64,000 bases of DNA from Candidatus Nomurabacteria bacterium (GTDB lineage Bacteria > Patescibacteriota > Minisyncoccia > Phycocordibacterales > UBA9973). A model generated the notes under the pieces. The model made no database searches. It saw only the letters and a list, made by a program, of their open reading frames with translations, and was not told where the DNA came from. Below, in pieces: positions 1 to 7,960 of this stretch. The position numbers and the translations under genes are program-made. How positions within the stretch are numbered: the stretch's first letter is position 1; every line of letters starts with the position of its first letter. The stretch lies in NCBI GenBank assembly GCA_020631955.1, contig JACKGL010000003.1, positions 8,059-72,058 on the forward strand, in the 5' to 3' direction.

Positions 1-1
1 T

Positions 2-127
2 CACCACCATCCCCGAAGGGACTGTCTTTAATGGCAATGCTTACTTCGAGAACTGCACCTCACTCACCACCATCCCTGAAGGTACTGTCTTTAATGGCAA
101 GGCTGATTTCTCTGGCTGCACCTCACT
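2..127 (+). repeat. Two tandem 63-bp coding repeats (LRR units)
   Basis: 2-64 and 65-127 are near-identical at nucleotide level and in frame. Confidence 0.8.
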
Positions 128-199
128 CACAGAGAAAACAAAGGAAATGCTTTATAATATGAAAAATAGCGGTCTTATAAAAGGTGAATTATACATTTA
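2..199 (+). CDS. C-terminal fragment of a leucine-rich-repeat (BspA-like) surface protein; 5' end lies outside the window
   Basis: Frame 2 is open from the window edge to TAA at 197-199. It translates as two 21-aa units, TTIPEGTVFNGNAYFENCTSL and TTIPEGTVFNGKADFSGCTSL, typical of bacterial LRR repeats. Confidence 0.55.
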
Positions 200-228
200 A
201 CATTTGATGGTCTAAAAGATAATCAAAA

Positions 229-259
229 CCCCGACCCTGGTCGGGGTTTCGTGTTTTTT
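229..259 (+). terminator. Rho-independent terminator after the LRR gene
   Basis: Stem CCCCGAC (229-235) pairs with GTCGGGG (240-246), followed by TTTCGTGTTTTTT. Confidence 0.75.
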
Positions 260-261
260 GA

Positions 262-292
262 AGACCTTTCCGACTTTCGGAGGTCTTTTTTA
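262..292 (+). terminator. Second tandem terminator hairpin
   Basis: AGACCT/AGGTCT plus CCGA/TCGG stems, followed by a T6 run. Confidence 0.6.
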
Positions 293-298
293 TTTTAG

Positions 299-307
299 TT
301 ATCCACA
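299..307. promoter_or_regulatory. Perfect consensus DnaA box TTATCCACA upstream of nrdAB
   Basis: Exact 9-mer TTATCCACA, about 250 bp upstream of nrdA. Confidence 0.5.
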
Positions 308-556
308 GTTTTGTGTCGCAAAATGTCACCTCAAGGACTTATAGAAAAAGTTTTAACAAAAATTTTTTTCAATCATGAAAAAAAATATAAATTTGTGCCT
401 AAATTTCACACCATGTTTGACGTTTTTGCAAGCGGGTATTTTACTTGGGAAAAATGCTTGCAAGATTAGGAAAAAAATAAAGCAACATTGTATAATGTAA
501 TTACCCCTGGAGATTTTTTTCTCCGTTTTTTTATCAAATAACCCGTGTTTTTTATT

Positions 557-3100
557 ATGGTCAACAATATTACAATCACACGTCGTGATGGTACAAAAGA
601 GATCTTTGACGCAGACCGTATCAACAGATCTATTGAAAGAGCTTGCCGAGGCCTGTCTGATCCAATAGGAATGGTCACCCAAATAGCTACAGAAACTCAT
701 CTTACTTTATATGATGGGATTACTGAAGATGAGCTAGATGAGGCGACTATTAATGCAGCGTTGCAAAATGCGCAATTGGATCCAGACTTCGACACAGCTG
801 CTACAAGAATTCTAATAAAAACGATGTACAAACGGGTTTTAGGGGATTATAAGAACGACGAAGATCTAAAAAGAGTACATGTTGAAAGATTTCCTGCTCA
901 TATATTGGAGCTTATCGACGCTGGTCTTGTAGATAAAAGACTTGGAACACTATTTAATCTAAAAGAATTAGCAGAAGCACTAGATCCTAGAAGAGATGAT
1001 CTTTACAAATACTCAGGTGCATCTACCATGGCCAACAGGTACATGGTAAAAAATGAAAAGCAACAAGCAATAGAGATACCACAATACTTCTGGATGAGAG
1101 TTGCTATGGGTCTGTCACTTTCTGAATCAGAACCAACAAAATGGGCAAAGAAATTTTATGATAAAATGTCCAAACTAGAATACCTATCTGCTGGATCTAC
1201 CAACCTAGGTGCAGGTACACCTGTACCAAAACTTTCCAACTGTTTCTTGATGGAAATGCATGACAATATGGAACACATAGGAAAGACAGTTTCAGACGTA
1301 CTGCTTCTTTCTAAAGCTACTGGAGGTATCGGTCTTTCTGTGACCAAACTAAGAGCAAACGGGTCTATACTAAAATCTTCAAACACAGTTTCATCTGGAC
1401 CTATTCCTTTCATGCACATCATAGACTCTTCTATCAGAGCTGTGCAGAGAGGTGGAAAGAAAAAAGGAGCTCTTTGTTTTTACATGGAGAACTGGCACTT
1501 GGACTTCCAAGACTTTCTTGATCTAAAACAAAATGCCGGAGACGACTATAGAAGAACTCGTACCGCAAACACAGCTGTGTATCTATCAGACGAATTCATG
1601 AGAAGAGTAGTAAAAGGTGAGGACTGGTATTTGTTTGATCCAAATGAAGTGAAAGATCTTCCAGAACTATATGGGCAAGAATTTGCAAAGAGATATTGTG
1701 AGTATGTAGAGATGGCTAAAGCAGGAAAACTCAAGCTATGGGACAAACTACCAGCAAGACAACAATACAAAAACATACTTGTATCACTAGAAACTACTTC
1801 ACATCCTTGGCTGACATGGAAAGATACTATAAATGTAAGAGCTCTTAACAACAATACTGGTACTATACACTCTAGCAACCTTTGTACAGAAGTAACACTA
1901 CCTCAAGACAAAGACAACATAGCTGTTTGTAACCTTATATCTATCAATCTTTCAAGACACATCATAAACGGACAGGTTGATTGGCATAAGCTAGAAGAAA
2001 GCGCCCGATTGGCAACTCGTCAGCTAGACAACCTTATAGATATCAACGTGCTACCAGTACCTGAAGCAAGAAAAGCAGATGATGAAAACAGAGCAGTAGG
2101 TTTGGGTCTTATGGGATTTGCAGAATCTATAGAAAGAATGGGATTTTCTTATGAAGACGAAGAAGCTTTTGATTTTACTGATAAGATTTTCGAATTCATC
2201 AGCTACATGGCTATAGATGAAAGTGCAAACTTAGCAAAAGAAAGAGGAGTATACAAAAACTTTGAAGGTTCTGGTTGGTCTAAAGGTCTTGTGCCTGTAG
2301 ATACTATGAGCATCCTTGAAGCAGAAAGAGGTGTAGTGATAGATACAAAGAAAGGTTCTGTAGGACAAACACCTATGTTGGATTGGGATACTCTAAGATC
2401 TAAAGTAAAGAAAGGAGTACGCAATGCTACACTCATGGCTATAGCACCAAATGCGAACATAGGTCTTGTTGCGGGAACTAGTCCTGGTATAGATCCTAGA
2501 TTTGCTCAAATCTTTTCTAGAAACAAAATCTCAGGTAAGTATCTCGAAGTAAACACAAACATGGTAGCTGATCTAAAGAAACTTGGACTATGGGATAAAT
2601 ACAGAGATGAGATAATAAAACACTATGGAGACCTAGAACCTATTGCACAAATACCTGAAGATGTAAAAAAACTCTATAAGACATCATTTGCTATCGATCC
2701 ATTTGCTTTTATAGAAGTAGCAGCTAGAGCACAGAAGTGGGTAGACCAAGCTATCTCTAGAAATATGTATCTTGAGACTCGTGATATAGATAAAGTGATG
2801 AATATATATCAAGGTGCATGGGAAAGAGGACTCAAGACTACTTATTACTTACACATGAAGCCAAGACACTCAGCAGAACAATCTACTATCAAAGTGAACA
2901 AGTCCGAAGCTATAGGTAAGAAAGGTTTTGCAGCTCTATCATTTGCAGCAAAACCAAAAGAAGAAGTGGTACAAGAAAGCCAAGCTATCATGGAAGAACT
3001 CCCGACTAAGGTAGAACCAGATACAGTTAAAAAACCAGAATTCGTAGTGCATGGACCTGTAGATCCACAAGACGCAAATATCTGCGAAGGCTGCGAATAG
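557..3100 (+). CDS. nrdA: Ribonucleoside-diphosphate reductase, alpha (large) subunit with N-terminal ATP-cone
   Basis: ATP-cone ITRRDGTKEIFDADRINRSIERA; active-site block SSNLCTEV; C-terminal Cys pair CEGCE. ATG at 557 preferred over the GTG at 545 in the ORF track. Confidence 0.93.
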   Translation: MVNNITITRRDGTKEIFDADRINRSIERACRGLSDPIGMVTQIATETHLTLYDGITEDELDEATINAALQNAQLDPDFDTAATRILIKTMYKRVLGDYKNDEDLKRVHVERFPAHILELIDAGLVDKRLGTLFNLKELAEALDPRRDDLYKYSGASTMANRYMVKNEKQQAIEIPQYFWMRVAMGLSLSESEPTKWAKKFYDKMSKLEYLSAGSTNLGAGTPVPKLSNCFLMEMHDNMEHIGKTVSDVLLLSKATGGIGLSVTKLRANGSILKSSNTVSSGPIPFMHIIDSSIRAVQRGGKKKGALCFYMENWHLDFQDFLDLKQNAGDDYRRTRTANTAVYLSDEFMRRVVKGEDWYLFDPNEVKDLPELYGQEFAKRYCEYVEMAKAGKLKLWDKLPARQQYKNILVSLETTSHPWLTWKDTINVRALNNNTGTIHSSNLCTEVTLPQDKDNIAVCNLISINLSRHIINGQVDWHKLEESARLATRQLDNLIDINVLPVPEARKADDENRAVGLGLMGFAESIERMGFSYEDEEAFDFTDKIFEFISYMAIDESANLAKERGVYKNFEGSGWSKGLVPVDTMSILEAERGVVIDTKKGSVGQTPMLDWDTLRSKVKKGVRNATLMAIAPNANIGLVAGTSPGIDPRFAQIFSRNKISGKYLEVNTNMVADLKKLGLWDKYRDEIIKHYGDLEPIAQIPEDVKKLYKTSFAIDPFAFIEVAARAQKWVDQAISRNMYLETRDIDKVMNIYQGAWERGLKTTYYLHMKPRHSAEQSTIKVNKSEAIGKKGFAALSFAAKPKEEVVQESQAIMEELPTKVEPDTVKKPEFVVHGPVDPQDANICEGCE

Positions 3101-3133
3101 ATTAATAATTTTAGAAACTAATAGATAATTAAT

Positions 3134-4144
3134 ATGTTGTTAGGAAAAGCATCACCTGAAGACATGAATCTTCACCCTATGCACTACAAATGGGCATATG
3201 ATCTTTACAACCAAGCTGTGAGAAACACATGGTTTCCACACGAAATACCGCTAGGAGAAGACCTGATGGATTGGAAGGGTATGACAGACGATGAAAAACA
3301 CGCCGTGACATTTCTTATGGCATTTTTCAATCCAGCAGAGCTCATAGTAAACAGATCTTTAGCACTTGGAGTATATCCTTATATAAAGTCTCCTGAATGT
3401 CACCTATATTTGGCAAAACAAATGTGGGAAGAAGCTAACCACTGTGTAGCTTTCGAATACGTACTAGAAACTTTCCCGTTTGATAGAGACGAGATATACA
3501 ATGTGCATATAAATACACCTTCTATGTTTGCTAAAGAGAGCTTCATAAACAAGTATCTAAAAAGAATGACAGAAGACACTCTAGATATATCTACTATAGA
3601 AGGTAAAAAAGACTTTATACGTAACCTTGTGGCTACAAACATCGTAATGGAAGGTATATGGTTTTACACTGGGTTCATGGTTGCTCTATCTTTCCGTCAA
3701 AGAAACAAATTACGCAATTTCGGCTCTATGATCAACTGGGTTGTGAGAGATGAATCACTACACCTTAAGTTCGGTATCAACCTTATACAAAACGCACTAG
3801 AAGAAAACGCTGATCTTGTGACAGAAGAGTTTGCTACTGAGCTTCGTGACATCATCATAGAAGGAGTAAATCTAGAAACAGAATACAATAAAGACCTCTT
3901 TCCAAAAGGAATACTCGGTCTTAACGCTGACTATGTAAACCAATACGTACAATACATAGCAGATAGAAGACTGGAAGAACTAGGTATGCCTATTTATTAC
4001 AATGCGACCAATCCTGCAAAATGGATGACTACTGCAAACGACGTATATGAACTTGTGAACTTCTTTGAAGCACAAAATACAGCTTATGAAGTAGACGCAA
4101 AAGGTCACGCAAAAGAAGAGGAAGAAAAACCAAAAGAAGAATAA
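3134..4144 (+). CDS. nrdB: Ribonucleotide reductase beta (small) subunit, class Ic-like (R2c-type)
   Basis: Ferritin-like metal ligands E69, E100-x2-H103, E173, E207-x2-H210. F107 sits where class Ia has the radical Tyr, and Glu sits where class Ia has the first Asp ligand. Confidence 0.9.
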   Translation: MLLGKASPEDMNLHPMHYKWAYDLYNQAVRNTWFPHEIPLGEDLMDWKGMTDDEKHAVTFLMAFFNPAELIVNRSLALGVYPYIKSPECHLYLAKQMWEEANHCVAFEYVLETFPFDRDEIYNVHINTPSMFAKESFINKYLKRMTEDTLDISTIEGKKDFIRNLVATNIVMEGIWFYTGFMVALSFRQRNKLRNFGSMINWVVRDESLHLKFGINLIQNALEENADLVTEEFATELRDIIIEGVNLETEYNKDLFPKGILGLNADYVNQYVQYIADRRLEELGMPIYYNATNPAKWMTTANDVYELVNFFEAQNTAYEVDAKGHAKEEEEKPKEE

Positions 4145-4159
4145 TAATTTCAAATCAAA

Positions 4160-4190
4160 ACACCCCAGACAATGGGGTGTTTTGATTTTT
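4160..4190 (+). terminator. Rho-independent terminator after nrdB
   Basis: 8-bp stem ACACCCCA/TGGGGTGT with loop GACAA, followed by a T-rich tract. Confidence 0.75.
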
Positions 4191-4210
4191 ATTTATATTT
4201 GTGGTATAAT
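4182..4210 (+). promoter_or_regulatory. Sigma-70 type promoter for rnpB
   Basis: TTGATT (4182-4187), 17-bp spacer, TATAAT (4205-4210), just upstream of the RNase P RNA. Confidence 0.65.
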
Positions 4211-4211
4211 A

Positions 4212-4546
4212 AAGAGGTACCGGATAACAGCGTCCGCCCAAGGTGGATGAGGAAAGTCCGAACACACACATTTGTAAAAATGTAGCACGGTAGCGGGTAA
4301 CACCCGTCCTCCGACCCAGGTCGGAGAGAGGTGCGAGCAGTGACGCCAAAGTCGAAAGATGGAGGATTCCTTTATGGAATAATTTTATGGCAACATAAAA
4401 GTGAAACGGCTAAATCCTTACCTGTGTGCAAGACCGTATTCTCTGGTTTCCAGAGTTTGAGTCGCTTGAGGTCTGGAGCAATCTAGATCCTAGATAAATT
4501 GTTATCCTTCACTTTGTGAAGACAGAATTCGGCTTATAGGTACAAA
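4212..4546 (+). ncRNA. rnpB: RNase P RNA (bacterial M1 RNA)
   Basis: Universal motif GAGGAAAGTCCG at 4249-4260 and ACAGAATTCGGCTTATA at 4522-4538. 5' GGTAC (4216-4220) can pair with 3' GGTAC (4539-4543) as P1. End coordinates are approximate. Confidence 0.88.
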
Positions 4547-4556
4547 AAAATATGAA

Positions 4557-4590
4557 AACAACCACGTACTCCGTGGTTGTTTTCTATTTT
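4557..4590 (+). terminator. Terminator after rnpB
   Basis: 10-bp stem AACAACCACG/CGTGGTTGTT followed by TTTCTATTTT. Confidence 0.75.
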
Positions 4591-4597
4591 AGATAAG

Positions 4598-4625
4598 TAA
4601 AAACCCCTCGGATAGAGAGGGGGTC
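4598..4625 (-). terminator. Terminator of the Lys/Ala-rich small protein gene
   Basis: On the minus strand, ACCCCCTC...GAGGGGT hairpin followed by a T-run. Confidence 0.6.
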
Positions 4626-4655
4626 TTACTATAGTGGAATAATAATAGTAATTTA

Positions 4656-4814
4656 TTATTTTCTCTTTGTTGTTCTTCTCTTTGCTGTCTTCTTAGTAGC
4701 TTTTTTAGCTGTTTTTCTTTTAGCTGTTTTCTTTGCAGCTTTCTTAGCTGGCTTTCTTTTAGCTACTTTTTTCTTTGCAACTTTTTTAGTTGCCTTTCTT
4801 TTTTTAGCTGGCAT
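4656..4814 (-). CDS. Small Lys/Ala-rich basic protein (histone H1-tail-like / Hc1-like nucleoid protein), 52 aa
   Basis: MPAKKRKATKKVAKKKVAKRKPAKKAAKKTAKRKTAKKATKKTAKRRTTKRK. Internal ATG at 4812-4814 preferred over the longer ORF-track start. Confidence 0.6.
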   Translation of the reverse strand: MPAKKRKATKKVAKKKVAKRKPAKKAAKKTAKRKTAKKATKKTAKRRTTKRK

Positions 4815-4931
4815 GTTTTTTGTACAAAAAAATTTAATAATGGTGATGGACGACCTTTTTTCTCTCATCACTACTTACATATTAATTATCGTACACAAAC
4901 GTACTACTTATCAATACTTTTTTTTATAAAC

Positions 4932-4940
4932 TGTGGATAA
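4932..4940. promoter_or_regulatory. Perfect DnaA box (TGTGGATAA, the reverse complement of TTATCCACA)
   Basis: Exact 9-mer immediately left of a 76-bp pure A/T tract. Confidence 0.45.
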
Positions 4941-4941
4941 C

Positions 4942-5017
4942 TTTTTTTATTTTTTTAAAAAAAATTTTAATAAATATTTTATTTTTAAAAAATTATTTTT
5001 TTTTATTTTATTTAAAA
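4942..5017. other. 76-bp uninterrupted A/T-only tract
   Basis: No G or C between 4942 and 5017. Lies in the 500-bp non-coding gap between the small basic protein gene and secA. Confidence 0.9.
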
Positions 5018-5105
5018 CAAAAATTGAGTACTCTGTTGTCAGCGACGGCATGACTCCAACACAAATGCCTATGTGAGTGCGGTCGCCGACAACACAATAC
5101 TCAAT
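5012..5105 (-). ncRNA. Candidate small RNA: 81-nt imperfect long hairpin with its own promoter and U-tract
   Basis: Arms 5024-5046 and 5082-5104 pair over about 23 bp with 3 mismatches. On the minus strand an extended -10 TGATATAAT (5112-5120) sits about 7 nt before the hairpin, and TTTTTGTTTT follows it. Strand assignment is tentative. Confidence 0.4.
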
Positions 5106-5157
5106 ACTTTTATTATATCAAATTTATTTATAAATGCTTCTGGGTTTTTTATTTTAC

Positions 5158-5231
5158 CAACAGAAAACCCCGACTAGGTCGGGGTGCTCTGTTAGGCATT
5201 TGTATTATTAATTTGGAGTGATTAAACTCAC
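5158..5231 (-). ncRNA. Candidate small RNA (about 75 nt) delimited by a strong promoter and a terminator
   Basis: Minus-strand TTGACT (5261-5266), 17-bp spacer, TATACT (5238-5243) with TGC just upstream. Terminator ACCCCGAC/GTCGGGGT (5167-5187) followed by TTTTCTGTT. No ORF. Confidence 0.45.
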
Positions 5232-5374
5232 GCTTAGAGTATAGCATACTTTGAAAAATAAGTCAAACCCTAAAATATAACTTATTCATACGACTATTTG
5301 TATCTCATATTTAGCTATAGATCGGGGACTTATTTCCTTAGATATTTAGTCAAAAATATGTTAGTATTTCATGT

Positions 5375-7891
5375 ATGAAAATCGGTAAACTAAATGAGTT
5401 ATTTACTACAGGGCAGAGTAAGAATTTCATAAAAAACGCTAATAAAATAGTAGAAAAAATAAACTCCCTTGAGGAGTCTTTTAGCGCTTTGTCTCAAGAA
5501 GATCTGAAGAACAAGACTAGTGAGCTTCGAGCTAGGTATCAGAAAGGGGAGTTGTTGGATGATATGTTGCCAGAGGCTTTTGCTATGGTGCGAGAGGCTG
5601 CAAAAAGGACCATGAATATGCGTCATTATGATGTACAACTTATAGGAGGTATTGCACTACACAAAAGCGGTATAGCAGAGATGCGCACAGGTGAAGGTAA
5701 GACGCTGGTGGCAACACTACCTGTTTTTCTTAACGCTCTTACTGGTAAAGGTGTGCATGTTGTCACAGTAAATGATTATCTAGCTAGAAGAGACGCAGTA
5801 TGGATGGGACAGATATATGATTATCTTGGACTTAGTTTGTCTGTTATAAATAGTCGTGTCTCTTATATATATGATTCTACTTCTACAACTGACTCAGTGG
5901 ATGGAGAAAGAGATGAAGAAGGTGCATACAAAGTAAGTTATGAATATTTACGTGAGGTAAACAGAAAAGATGCGTACGCTGCAGATATCACTTATGGTAC
6001 AAATCATGAATTTGGTTTTGATTATCTTAGAGACAACATTACTAACAACAAAGAAAACTTGGTACAAAGAGGTTTTTATTATGCGATAGTCGACGAGGTA
6101 GACTCTATACTTATAGACGAAGCAAGGACACCTCTTATCATCTCTATGCCGGCGGAGGAGTCAGATGATTTTTATAGAAAATTTGCAGATATAGCAAAGA
6201 TGATGATTCCAGAAACAGATTATAAAGTAGATGAAAAACAAAGAGCCATAAACCTGACAGATGAAGGTATACAAAAAGCGGAGAAAGCTTTAGGTATAGA
6301 AAATATTTATACTGAAAAAGGTATAAAATACGTTCATCACTTAGAGACTGCTGTAAAAGCTAAAGCTCTGTTTATAAAAGATAAAGATTATGTAGTAAAT
6401 GGAGGTGAGATAGTCATAGTCGACGCTTTCACTGGTAGACTGCAGCCGGGTAGAAGATGGAGTGAAGGTCTTCACCAAGCGGTAGAAGCCAAAGAAGGTG
6501 TATCTGTGAAAAGAGAGAGTCGTACAGCAGCTTCTATCACATATCAAAACTACTTTAGGTTCTATGAAAAACTATCTGGTATGACAGGTACCGCAGCTAC
6601 TTCTAAAGAAGAATTTTACAGTGTGTACAAACTAGACGTCATCACTATACCTACTCACAGACCTATACAAAGACTAGATAGAGATGATCTTATTTTCCAA
6701 ACAGAAAATGGTAAGTTCCAAGCTATAGCTAGAAAAATAAAAGAGTTACATGAAAAAGGTCAACCAGTACTAGTAGGTACCATATCTATAGAAAGAAACG
6801 AACTACTTTCTGCTCACCTTATGCAAGAAGGTATACCTCATAAGATACTCAACGCTAAAAACCACGAAGAAGAAGGTTTGATAATCGCAGATGCTGGTAA
6901 AAAAGGTGCTGTGACTATAGCCACGAACATGGCTGGTCGTGGTATAGACATCAAACTAGGAGGTGTAGACGCTACAAAAGAACAAAGTGAAGAAGTAAAG
7001 GCGCTAGGAGGACTATTTGTTTTAGGTACAGAAAGACACGAAGCAAGAAGAATAGATGATCAGCTTCGTGGACGTGCCGGACGTCAGGGAGATCCTGGAG
7101 AAACGCAATTTTTCGTGTCATTAGATGACGACCTTATGAGAATATTTGGACCTGATAGGATAAAGTCTATGATGGGTAGGTTTGGTATACCTGAAGATAT
7201 GCCTATAGAAAACTCTCTTATATCTAGAGGCCTTCGCAACGCTCAAACAAAAATAGAAGGAATTCATTTTGATTCGAGAAAATATGTTTTGGCTTACGAT
7301 GACGTCCTTAGTCGTCAGAGAAATGCCATATATGATAGAAGAAGAAATCTACTTTTAGGTGATAGGACAGAAATAGATTCTTTATTGGAAGAATTATCAA
7401 ACACATCTCCAGATGTACGTATAATGATAAATAATAAAAAAGCTTCTATACCAGAAGATGCTTTTTATGAGACCGTCAGAAGGATAGCTTTGTATGTTAT
7501 AGACTTGCTTTGGGTAGAGCATCTAGAGACCATGGATTATTTAAGGTCGTCTGTAAACCTGCGTGCTTATGGAGGTAGAGATCCACTTGTAGAATACAAA
7601 AAAGAGGCTCTGAATCTGTACAAAAATATGCAAATCTCGTATGAAAACCAAGTTATAGACCTGATAGAAACTATAGAATCCAAAGAAGCTCCTAAGGCAG
7701 AAGTTATACAAGAAAAAACTATAGTGGAAGAAAAACAAGAAACAAAAAGGTTTGATTCTACAGTGAGTGAAGTAAAAAATGTTATGGGTACATCTGGTAA
7801 AAACGATAACGATAAATTTGCCGAAGTTGGTAGAAATGATCCATGTCCTTGTGGTAGTGGAAAGAAATATAAAAAATGCCATGGAATGTAA
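5375..7891 (+). CDS. secA: Preprotein translocase ATPase SecA
   Basis: 838 aa. MRTGEGKT Walker A, DEVDSILIDEARTPLIIS, C-terminal zinc motif CPCGSGKKYKKCHG. Confidence 0.97.
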   Translation: MKIGKLNELFTTGQSKNFIKNANKIVEKINSLEESFSALSQEDLKNKTSELRARYQKGELLDDMLPEAFAMVREAAKRTMNMRHYDVQLIGGIALHKSGIAEMRTGEGKTLVATLPVFLNALTGKGVHVVTVNDYLARRDAVWMGQIYDYLGLSLSVINSRVSYIYDSTSTTDSVDGERDEEGAYKVSYEYLREVNRKDAYAADITYGTNHEFGFDYLRDNITNNKENLVQRGFYYAIVDEVDSILIDEARTPLIISMPAEESDDFYRKFADIAKMMIPETDYKVDEKQRAINLTDEGIQKAEKALGIENIYTEKGIKYVHHLETAVKAKALFIKDKDYVVNGGEIVIVDAFTGRLQPGRRWSEGLHQAVEAKEGVSVKRESRTAASITYQNYFRFYEKLSGMTGTAATSKEEFYSVYKLDVITIPTHRPIQRLDRDDLIFQTENGKFQAIARKIKELHEKGQPVLVGTISIERNELLSAHLMQEGIPHKILNAKNHEEEGLIIADAGKKGAVTIATNMAGRGIDIKLGGVDATKEQSEEVKALGGLFVLGTERHEARRIDDQLRGRAGRQGDPGETQFFVSLDDDLMRIFGPDRIKSMMGRFGIPEDMPIENSLISRGLRNAQTKIEGIHFDSRKYVLAYDDVLSRQRNAIYDRRRNLLLGDRTEIDSLLEELSNTSPDVRIMINNKKASIPEDAFYETVRRIALYVIDLLWVEHLETMDYLRSSVNLRAYGGRDPLVEYKKEALNLYKNMQISYENQVIDLIETIESKEAPKAEVIQEKTIVEEKQETKRFDSTVSEVKNVMGTSGKNDNDKFAEVGRNDPCPCGSGKKYKKCHGM

Positions 7892-7960
7892 TTTTATTAA
7901 AATTAAAGAAGCCCGCCCGTACCGAAAGATACGTTCGGGCGGGTGTCACGGAGCATAATC

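Noticed and set aside
2-127. Tandem repeats at the window start as a possible CRISPR or satellite array.
   Set aside because: There are only two 63-bp units. They are in frame and encode LRR-type protein repeats, with no spacer structure.
300-540. NrdR boxes upstream of nrdA.
   Set aside because: I could not find two phased copies of the 16-bp ACAC...GTGT palindrome. Only TGTG...CACA-like fragments are present.
5024-5104. Long hairpin as SRP (4.5S) RNA; the leader at 25147-25234 was considered for the same role.
   Set aside because: Neither has the GNRA tetraloop flanked by the conserved AGG / AGCAGC symmetric-loop sequences of SRP RNA domain IV.
4872-5374. Calling this gap the chromosomal origin (oriC).
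   Set aside because: It has a single perfect DnaA box and no dnaA/dnaN nearby, and strand-bias information cannot be judged from one window. It is kept only as a low-interest finding.
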